In this document: positions 1 through 6,844 of the stretch, piece after piece
How positions within the stretch are numbered: the first letter of the stretch is position 1
Layout: every line of letters begins with the position of its first letter
Source of the DNA: Acidimicrobiia bacterium
GTDB taxonomy: Bacteria > Actinomycetota > Acidimicrobiia > Acidimicrobiales > VFJN01
Direction: 5' to 3'
DNA length: 61,774 nucleotides
Assembly: GCA_046537875.1 (NCBI GenBank)
Contig: JBKHJZ010000003.1
Location: forward strand, 1 to 61,774
Program-made: the position numbers and the translations under genes
The notes under the pieces: model-generated
Told to the model about the DNA's origin: nothing
Database searches by the model: none
The model's input: only the letters and a program-made list of their open reading frames with translations

Positions 1-788
1 GCCCCGGCCCGCCCGGTGGCCGCGGCCAGCTCGCGCTCGGCCTCGCGGACCTCCTCCCCGGCGGCGCCGGCCCGTTCCGCCGCCTCCCGTGCCCGCCGAT
101 CTGCCGCATCGGCCTTCGTCTCGGCTCGCTCCAACGCCCGGCGGGCGGCGGCCACGGCTCGCGCCGGTGGGGCGGCCCGGTCGGGCGCTGCGATGGTGTC
201 CTCCTCGCGCCCGTGCCGCCCGCCCCGGGCGGCGGCGACCTCGGCACCGAACGCCAGGTCCAGGCCGCCGAGCCCGCCGGCGGCCGGGACGTCGACGAGG
301 CGACCGGAGCGGAGCTCGGACAGCGCGCCGGGATCGGAGGCGACCGCCCGCACGGCGAGCCCCACCTCCGAGCGGTCGACGCGCTGGTCGGCGGCCCGGG
401 CGGCCTCGACGGCCGCCTCCACCAGCGCGTCCTGCACCTCCCGCAGGCGCGTGGTCGTGGCCCGCATGTCGCCGCCGGTGGCCTGTGCGTCCGCGACCGC
501 ATCGGCGGCGCCGGCCAGGTCGTCGACCGCGGTGGGGTCCGCGAGCCGGGCCGCGTCGAGCGCCCACGCCAGCCGCTTGGGCTTGCGGAGCGACCTCACG
601 CTCGATGCGTCGTCGCGACGACCCTCGGACCGCAGCGTCCGGGCCAGCGAGTCCCGGCGCCGCACGAACGAGTCGAGCGGACCCCCGTAGAGCTCGGCGA
701 CCGCGGCGTCGATGTCACCGGGCGCGCCGCCGCCCCCGGCGTCGTTCGCACCGGAGCCACCTGCGGATCGTGCCTCCTTGCGGGCCAT
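1..788 (-). CDS. Hypothetical protein, 5' part only (runs off the left edge of the window)
   Basis: My own reverse-strand translation from the ATG at 788-786 gives MARKEARSAGGSGANDAGGGGAPGDIDAAVAELYGGPLDSFVRRRDSLARTLRSEGRRDDAS...LRKPKRLAWALDAARL.... The composition looks like real protein and continues to position 1 without a stop. It is absent from the ORF track because it has no stop in the window. The listed + ORFs at 16-880 are low-complexity shadow frames. Confidence 0.5.
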   Translation of the reverse strand, partial: MARKEARSAGGSGANDAGGGGAPGDIDAAVAELYGGPLDSFVRRRDSLARTLRSEGRRDDASSVRSLRKPKRLAWALDAARLADPTAVDDLAGAADAVADAQATGGDMRATTTRLREVQDALVEAAVEAARAADQRVDRSEVGLAVRAVASDPGALSELRSGRLVDVPAAGGLGGLDLAFGAEVAAARGGRHGREEDTIAAPDRAAPPARAVAAARRALERAETKADAADRRAREAAERAGAAGEEVREAERELAAATGRAG

Positions 789-891
789 CCGTGAGCATGT
801 TGTCGGACGACCCCGGCGGGCGCACGGCAGGGCGGCCGGGGCGGCGGCCGGCCCGGCGCCGCGTCCGGGGCGCGGCGTAGCGTGCGGGTTC

Positions 892-1716
892 ATGGAGGCG
901 ATGCACGCGACGACGCTGGAGGTCGGTGCCGAGGGGCCGCGGGGCTGGATCACCCTGGCGCGGCCCGAGAAGCTGAACCCGCTCGGTACCGCCACCCTCG
1001 GCGAGCTCGTGGACGCGGCCCGCTGGTGCGATGCGCGCCCCGATCTGAAGGTGGTGGTCGTGTCGGGGCAGGGGCGGGCGTTCTCGGCCGGTGCCGACCT
1101 GGCCGCCTTCGGCGGGACGGGGGACACGGCCGGCGCCGGAGGAGACGCGGCAGGCGCCGCGGGGCCGCCGGCCGACCCCCGGGAGGCGGCGGATGCCGGA
1201 CGCCGTGCGGCCGACGCCCTGGAGGCGATGCGGGCCGTGACCGTGGCCCGCATCCACGGCCACTGCGTGGGCGGCGCCGTGGTGCTCGCCGCGGCGTGCG
1301 ACCTGCGGGTTGCGGCCGCCTCGACCCGGTTCGCCATCCCCGAGGTGGACCTCGGGATCCCGCTCGCCTGGGGCGGGATCCCCCGGCTGGTGCGCGAGGT
1401 CGGGCCGGCGCTCACGAAGGAGCTGGTGATGACGTGCCGGCCGTTCGGGGCCGACGAGGCGAAGGCCGCCGGATTCCTCAACCGGGTGGTGCCGGACGGA
1501 GACCTCGACCGGGAGGTCGACGCCCTCGTGGCCCAGCTCGTCGGCAAGCCGGCCCTGGCGCTGGACGTCACCAAGCGCCACGTCGGAGCCGTGGCCGACG
1601 GCACGGTCGCCACCGCTCGCGCCTTCGGGGATGCCGACACGCTGGTCACCGCCCTGCACGACCCGGAGTCGAGGGCGGTGGCGGCCCGCTACCTCGAGGG
1701 TCGCCGGCGCCGCTGA
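892..1716 (+). CDS. Enoyl-CoA hydratase/isomerase (crotonase) family protein
   Basis: From the ATG at 892: MEAMHATTLEVGAEGPRGWITLARPEKLNPL...VVVVSGQGRAFSAGADL...IHGHCVGGAVVLAAACDLRV. These are crotonase-fold oxyanion-hole motifs. The track ORF start at 712 is probably too far upstream. Confidence 0.85.
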   Translation: MEAMHATTLEVGAEGPRGWITLARPEKLNPLGTATLGELVDAARWCDARPDLKVVVVSGQGRAFSAGADLAAFGGTGDTAGAGGDAAGAAGPPADPREAADAGRRAADALEAMRAVTVARIHGHCVGGAVVLAAACDLRVAAASTRFAIPEVDLGIPLAWGGIPRLVREVGPALTKELVMTCRPFGADEAKAAGFLNRVVPDGDLDREVDALVAQLVGKPALALDVTKRHVGAVADGTVATARAFGDADTLVTALHDPESRAVAARYLEGRRRR

Positions 1717-1817
1717 GGGCCCGCCCTCCGGGGCGGCGGCCGGCCCTCGTGTGGCGAAGTCGGTTCTCGGTTGCGGCGGTCAGCCGTCGGTGCAGCGGTC
1801 CGCGGTCGGCGGGGTCG

Positions 1818-2261
1818 TCAACCGTCGGTGCCGGCCGGCGCGAAGTCCTCGGGCGAGTACGGCCGCTTCTCCACGAGCACCAGCCAGTTCCCGGAGTTGT
1901 CGCGCGCCACCGCCTCGATGCCGTAGGGCCGGTCGGAGGGCTCCTGGAGGAACGTGACCCCCTTGGCCTCCAGCTCCTCGTAGGTCTTGTGGCAGTCGTC
2001 CACCTCCAGGCCGACCGCGTTGAGCGACCCCTTGTCGAGGAGCTGCCGCATGCTCTCTGCGGCCTCCGGGTCGAGCGGCGGCCCGGGCACCATCAGCGTG
2101 AGCTGGAGCTCGGGCTGGTTGGGGTGCGAGACGGTGACCCACCGGAAGTCACCCATCGTGATGTCGTCGTGTGGCTCGAAGCCGAGGGTGTTGACGTAGA
2201 AGTCCTTCGCCGCGTCCTGGTCGGACACGTAGATGGTCACGAGCGAGACGTTGGTGATCAT
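1818..2261 (-). CDS. VOC (glyoxalase/bleomycin-resistance/dioxygenase) family protein
   Basis: 147 aa. MITNVSLVTIYVSDQDAAKDFYVNTLGFEPHDD... and ...YEELEAKGVTFLQEPSDRPYGIEAVARDNSGNWLVLVE are typical paired beta-alpha-beta-beta-beta VOC modules. Confidence 0.8.
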   Translation of the reverse strand: MITNVSLVTIYVSDQDAAKDFYVNTLGFEPHDDITMGDFRWVTVSHPNQPELQLTLMVPGPPLDPEAAESMRQLLDKGSLNAVGLEVDDCHKTYEELEAKGVTFLQEPSDRPYGIEAVARDNSGNWLVLVEKRPYSPEDFAPAGTDG

Positions 2262-2301
2262 CGGGTCCTCGTGGTCGGGGCAGCCCGGCGGGCTGCGACG
2301 G

Positions 2302-2844
2302 TCAGGGCGCCGTCACCGTAGGGACGGCCGCCGGCCGGCGCTTCTCCGGAATTGCGGAGCCGGCCGGGGCGCCGGACACGTTCACGCCGTTCATGAACAG
2401 GAAGCAGCCGGGGATGCGGGGCCCGCCGTCGGCGGCCCAGCGGTCCCGGTACTGCGAGGGCGACTCGCCGACGAGCTCGCGGAACCGCGAGGAGAACGAG
2501 CCGAGGCTGGCGAAGCCGACGACCATGCACACCTCGGTCACGGTCAGGTTGGCCGCCCGCAGCAGGTCCTGGGCACGCTCGATGCGCCGGCGGGTCAGGT
2601 AGCGCATCGGGGTCTCGCCGTAGGTGGCGGCGAAGCACCGCACGAAGTGGTACTTCGACACGGCTGCGGCCTCGGCCAGCGCATCGAGGTCGAGTCGTTC
2701 CGGGTAGTGCCGGTCGGCCAGGTCGTGGGCCCGGCGGAGGTGGGGGACCAGCGCGGCGGGAACCACCGGGCGGCCGGAGATCCCGGTCGGCTCGTCGCCT
2801 CCGCGGGGCGTGAGCGGCCCGGTCTGGCTGGTTGTCCCTGTCAT
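2302..2844 (-). CDS. AraC-family HTH transcriptional regulator (short form)
   Basis: AraC double-HTH signature: LDLDALAEAAAVSKYHFVRCFAATYGETPMRYLTRRRIERAQDLLRAANLTVTEVCMVVGFASLGSFSSRFRELVGESPSQYR. The ATG at 2844-2842 overlaps the stop of the upstream gene by 4 nt. The longer track ORF (to 3405) is Arg-rich and looks spurious. Confidence 0.8.
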   Translation of the reverse strand: MTGTTSQTGPLTPRGGDEPTGISGRPVVPAALVPHLRRAHDLADRHYPERLDLDALAEAAAVSKYHFVRCFAATYGETPMRYLTRRRIERAQDLLRAANLTVTEVCMVVGFASLGSFSSRFRELVGESPSQYRDRWAADGGPRIPGCFLFMNGVNVSGAPAGSAIPEKRRPAAVPTVTAP

Positions 2845-3662
2845 GGCGTGTGCTCCACGGGGTCCAGTCTGGTGATCCGGTAGCGGAAGAACTCGCCCTC
2901 GTCCCAGCGGTCGGTGCCGTGGAACCATCCGACCCTGCCGGCGGCGGGGACGGCGAGGCCCCCGAACGTCCCGTAGCCGGTGACGTCGATGCCGAACGGG
3001 CGGAGCGACCAGGTGCCGGTCTCGTCGGGATCGCCCCAGCGCGGGAAGGTCACCGCCGTCAGGCGGCCGGTGCGGTCGATCGTGTAGCTGACGTCGAGGT
3101 CGACGCCGTCGACGTGGTAGCCGGCGGTCAGGTGCGTGTCGTCCTCGGCGGACCACCCGACACCGAAGCGGGGCAGCAGCGCGGTGGGAACCCAGATGCC
3201 CTCTGCGCCGCCCCGGGCCGCGGCGCTGCGGGCCACGTCGGTCCCCGACGACTGCATCACCGGCATCAGACCGAACAGCCGCCAGTCGAGCCCGCCCTCG
3301 CCGTCGACGTAGTGGTCGGATCCGCTGAGCACCCCGGCCACCCGGGCGGTCCACACGAAGCCGGCCAGGGGAGCGAGGACCTCGCGGGCCCGGAACGGCA
3401 GCCACCGCGACCCCAGCTTCAACCGGCCCCGCATGGTGATCCTCGCGGCCCGGGCGCGCGGCATGCCCGGGGCGATGGCGAGCCGGAGGTGGCGCCGGAC
3501 GGGCGCGGGCAGCCCGTCGAGGTCGGGCTCGTGGAACCTGCCCCGTGCCGGCGGCAGGGCGAGCCGCTCGCCGAGGGCGGCGATGTCGGGTGGGGCCGTC
3601 CGGCTCATCTCCGCCATGGTCGCTGGTGGACGCGTCCGCACCAGTAGACCGCGGCGGGTCAT
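2841..3662 (-). CDS. Conserved hypothetical protein (resembles the DUF6544 family)
   Basis: 273 aa with ordinary protein-like composition (LPAPVRRHLRLAI..., WTARVAGVLSGSDHYVDGEG..., FPRWGDPDETGTWSLRPFG). It is 4-nt coupled to the AraC gene downstream. The family name is from memory only. Confidence 0.6.
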   Translation of the reverse strand: MTRRGLLVRTRPPATMAEMSRTAPPDIAALGERLALPPARGRFHEPDLDGLPAPVRRHLRLAIAPGMPRARAARITMRGRLKLGSRWLPFRAREVLAPLAGFVWTARVAGVLSGSDHYVDGEGGLDWRLFGLMPVMQSSGTDVARSAAARGGAEGIWVPTALLPRFGVGWSAEDDTHLTAGYHVDGVDLDVSYTIDRTGRLTAVTFPRWGDPDETGTWSLRPFGIDVTGYGTFGGLAVPAAGRVGWFHGTDRWDEGEFFRYRITRLDPVEHTP

Positions 3663-3725
3663 CCCGGCGATGTCGCGCCCGGGCGGGTACCGAGCCGTGA
3701 TGCCGGCTCCGCAGCGCTCAGGACA

Positions 3726-4958
3726 TCAGGTTGCGTCGAACGACTCGACGATCGGCAGCAGGAGCTCGGTGTCGTCCCAGCCGTCCTCGGGCGGGGTGGT
3801 GCCCTTGCCGGCGACGAGGCCGTCCGAGGGGTACTTCCCGAACAGGTTGGGGTCGGCGACCGGCGGACCCGGATCCTTCACGTACGTGCCGTTGCGCACC
3901 ACGACCAGGTCGAGGCTGGGGATCACGTAGATGTACTGGCCGTCGTGGCCCCGGGCCGAGAACGTGTCGGGCAGCTCCTCGTCCTCGCCGAGCCACCACT
4001 GGTAGCCGTAGTTGCCCTCTGAGGCAGCCGCAGGCTCGAGCGACTCCTCGACCCACGCCTCGGGCACCACCTGCTCGTCGCCCCAGGTTCCCCGGCGCTC
4101 GTAGAGCAGGCCGAACCGGGCGAAGCCACGGCTGGTCGTGTCGAGGCAGCAGTAGGTGAGCGTGTGCCCGCGGGCGTCGCGCCACCAGTCGGCCTGGTCC
4201 ATGCCGAGCGGCTCGAAGATCTCCTGGCGGGCGTACTCGTGGACGGGCATCCCCGTCGACTGCTCGAGCACCCCCGACAGCAGCATCGTGTCGCCGCTGG
4301 AGTAGCTCCACTCCGATCCCGGCTCGTTCGCCGCGGGCCGGCCCGACGCGTACGCGAGCTGATCCGGCTGGAAGAGCACCATCTCGATGATGTCCGACTC
4401 GGCGACGGCCTCCGGGCTGTAGTTCTCCACCCAGTCGAGCCCCGACGACATCTGCAGCACGTCGCGCAGCGTGATCGCCTGGCGGTCGGTGCCCTCCCAC
4501 TCGGGGAACCAGGTGGTCATCGGCTCGTCGACGCCGGGGATCAGGCCGTCCTCGATGGCGATGCCCACCAGCGCGCTGGTGAAGCTCTTCGCCATCGACC
4601 AGCTCGCCGCCCACGAGCCCTCGTCGGCGCCCTCGTCGTACCACTCGGCGACGATCTCCCCGTCGTGCACGACCACCACGCCCTGTGTGTTCATGCCGTC
4701 GGCGAAGGCGTAGTCGCGGGCACCCTCGAGCGTCGCCGGGTCCATCCCGTGCTCCTCGGGCGACGCCACCTCCCACTCGTCGGCGGGCATCGGGGCCGGA
4801 TTCGTGTCCTGCCGGGCGGTGACCTGGCCGTCGCCCGCCTCGCCTTCGCTCGTCGCGCGGCCGGGCCCGTCGCCGCCGCCGTTGCTGCTGCAGGCCGTCG
4901 CCATCGTCAGGAGGGCCACGGCACAGGCCGGACGCCACCGTCGTCCCGGTCGTCTCAT
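3726..4958 (-). CDS. Serine hydrolase, beta-lactamase/transpeptidase-like fold, probable lipoprotein
   Basis: Signal peptide plus lipobox-like ALLTMATAC. SxxK motif in WSMAKSFTSALVGIAIEDG. HGMDPATLEGARDYA is typical of beta-lactamase-related N-termini. Confidence 0.8.
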   Translation of the reverse strand: MRRPGRRWRPACAVALLTMATACSSNGGGDGPGRATSEGEAGDGQVTARQDTNPAPMPADEWEVASPEEHGMDPATLEGARDYAFADGMNTQGVVVVHDGEIVAEWYDEGADEGSWAASWSMAKSFTSALVGIAIEDGLIPGVDEPMTTWFPEWEGTDRQAITLRDVLQMSSGLDWVENYSPEAVAESDIIEMVLFQPDQLAYASGRPAANEPGSEWSYSSGDTMLLSGVLEQSTGMPVHEYARQEIFEPLGMDQADWWRDARGHTLTYCCLDTTSRGFARFGLLYERRGTWGDEQVVPEAWVEESLEPAAASEGNYGYQWWLGEDEELPDTFSARGHDGQYIYVIPSLDLVVVRNGTYVKDPGPPVADPNLFGKYPSDGLVAGKGTTPPEDGWDDTELLLPIVESFDAT

Positions 4959-5035
4959 GCGCCCATCTCACCACATTCTGCGAAGTTCCAACCGTCGTTA
5001 CCGCACGTAGCGTCGTGGCCCGGCGTCGTTCCGAC

Positions 5036-5064
5036 TTGACAGGCGAACTGACGTTCGCTAGCAT
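5036..5064 (+). promoter_or_regulatory. Candidate sigma-70-type promoter: TTGACA-N17-TAGCAT
   Basis: TTGACA at 5036-5041, an exact 17-nt spacer, then TAGCAT (TANNNT) at 5059-5064. An in-frame ATG at 5072 lies about 7 nt after the -10, consistent with a leaderless mRNA for the HNH gene. Confidence 0.4.
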
Positions 5065-6844
5065 GACAGATATGCCGACGGACCAGCCGCTCCACTCCCA
5101 GGCCGTGCCGGTCGGCAACGCAGGGATCGGGCCCGGCGGCGTGACCGCCCGGCAGAGCGCCGCCGGTGCCTCCCCTCCCACCGATCACGCCCCCCTCCGG
5201 GCCGGCGCCGTGGTGAAGACGCGGGCCGACGAGGTGGAGTCGCAGCTCTGCGAGCTCGCGGCGCTCATCAACGCGGCGAACGCCGAGCTGATGGCGCTGC
5301 TGGCCGAGCTCGACCGTCTGGGGGGATGGCAGGGCACGGGCATCCGGTCCATCGGCCACTGGGCCGCCATCCACCTCGGCATCGACGCCCGCACCGCGGG
5401 CCGCCAGACCGTCGCCGGGCACCGGCTGTCCGAGCTGCCTGCCATCGCTGCCGCGTGCGCCGCGGGCGAGATCGGGTGGGCCAAGGTCCGGGTGCTCGCC
5501 GAGGTCGCCGAGCCCGCCACCGACGAGCGGTGGCTCGGCCTGGCCCGCGAGATGTCGGTCACCCAACTCACACGCTGTGCCCGCGCCTACCGCCGGGCGT
5601 GCGACACCGACGACCGAGAGCGCCTCGACCGCGCCCGCGAGCGGCGTGGCATCTGGCTCTTCGACGAACCCGACGGGCTCGTGCGCATCACCGGCCTGCT
5701 CGAGCCCGACGACGCCGCGGTCCTCCGGGCCGCCCTCGCGGCGCAGGAGGAGCTCCAGTGGCGTGACCGGGCCGCCGCCGAGGCGGCCGAGACCGACGCA
5801 TCCGATACCGCCGATACCACCGTCGCCGCCGCCGCCGACGAAGACACCGAGCGCACCGCCGCTGCGGCGACTCGCGGGACTGACGGCGACACTGAGTCCG
5901 TCGCCAGCGATGGCGGCGACACCGAGTCCGCCACCGAGTTCGCCGCGACCGAGTCGCCCGCCAGCGAGGCCAGCGACACCGAGACCGATGACCCGCCGGC
6001 GGATGACGGAGCGGCTGACCGAGACAGCGCCGACCGCCATGAGGCCGAACGGGCGCACCAGGCGGCTCGTGCCAGCGAGGTCGATCCCACCCTCGCCGCC
6101 CGCGACCCGGCCGCCACCCGCCGCGCCGACGCCCTGGTCGCCCTCGCCCGGGTCGGCCTCGCCGCCGAAGACGCGCCCGACGACGGCGACGACCTCACCC
6201 ACGTCGTCCTCCACGCCGACGTCAGCGTGTTCGAGCCCGGCAACCAGGTCGCCCGCAGCCACCTGGCCCACGGGCCGGCGGTCTCCACGCACACGGCCCA
6301 GCGTCTCGCCTGTGCTCCCGTCGTCCAGGCGCTCCTCGAGCGCAAGGGCGTCCCGCTCGCGATGGGTCGCTCCCAACGCCTCGTCAACCGCGCCCAGCGG
6401 CGCGCCCTCCGGGCGCGCGACGGCGGCTGCGCCTTCCCCGGCTGCGGCGCGACCCGGCATCTCCACGCGCATCACGTCGTCCACTGGACGCAGGGCGGTG
6501 CGACGGACGTGGAGAACCTGGTGCTCCTGTGCAGGCACCATCACCGCCTCCTCCACGAGGGCGGCTACGCGATCCGGCTCACCGGCGGGCGTCCCGTGTT
6601 CCACCGGCCCGATGGCACACCCATCCGCCCGCCCCGAGTCCGCGACCGGCGGTGCGACGGACACCCGCCGGTGCCCGCGCTCCGCCAGCGCACCCGCACC
6701 GCTGGCCACCGGGTCACCCAACACACCCCCCGGGCCCGCAGCGGCGGGGCTCCCCACTGGTCGCCCCAGCGTGCGATCGACGCGCTCACCAGCGGACCCG
6801 GGCCTCCACCCAGGCCGTCACGCGCTGGACGACCGACCAGGTGA
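5063..6844 (+). CDS. HNH endonuclease with N-terminal DUF222-like domain (actinobacterial 13E12-type)
   Basis: N-terminal ...LINAANAELMALLAELDRLGGWQGTGIRSIGHWAAIHLGID... and C-terminal HNH motif RDGGCAFPGCGATRHLHAHHVVHWTQGGATDVENLVLLCRHHHRLLHEGG. Candidate starts are ATG 5063 or ATG 5072 (leaderless option). The 3' end overlaps the convergent gene by about 59 nt. Confidence 0.85.
   Translation: MTDMPTDQPLHSQAVPVGNAGIGPGGVTARQSAAGASPPTDHAPLRAGAVVKTRADEVESQLCELAALINAANAELMALLAELDRLGGWQGTGIRSIGHWAAIHLGIDARTAGRQTVAGHRLSELPAIAAACAAGEIGWAKVRVLAEVAEPATDERWLGLAREMSVTQLTRCARAYRRACDTDDRERLDRARERRGIWLFDEPDGLVRITGLLEPDDAAVLRAALAAQEELQWRDRAAAEAAETDASDTADTTVAAAADEDTERTAAAATRGTDGDTESVASDGGDTESATEFAATESPASEASDTETDDPPADDGAADRDSADRHEAERAHQAARASEVDPTLAARDPAATRRADALVALARVGLAAEDAPDDGDDLTHVVLHADVSVFEPGNQVARSHLAHGPAVSTHTAQRLACAPVVQALLERKGVPLAMGRSQRLVNRAQRRALRARDGGCAFPGCGATRHLHAHHVVHWTQGGATDVENLVLLCRHHHRLLHEGGYAIRLTGGRPVFHRPDGTPIRPPRVRDRRCDGHPPVPALRQRTRTAGHRVTQHTPRARSGGAPHWSPQRAIDALTSGPGPPPRPSRAGRPTR

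Noticed and set aside
16-880. Three overlapping + strand ORFs at the left edge (224, 263 and 193 aa)
   Set aside because: They are low-complexity Ala/Ser/Arg or Arg/Pro frames. The minus strand gives a protein-like translation from the ATG at 788 to the window edge, which I annotated instead.
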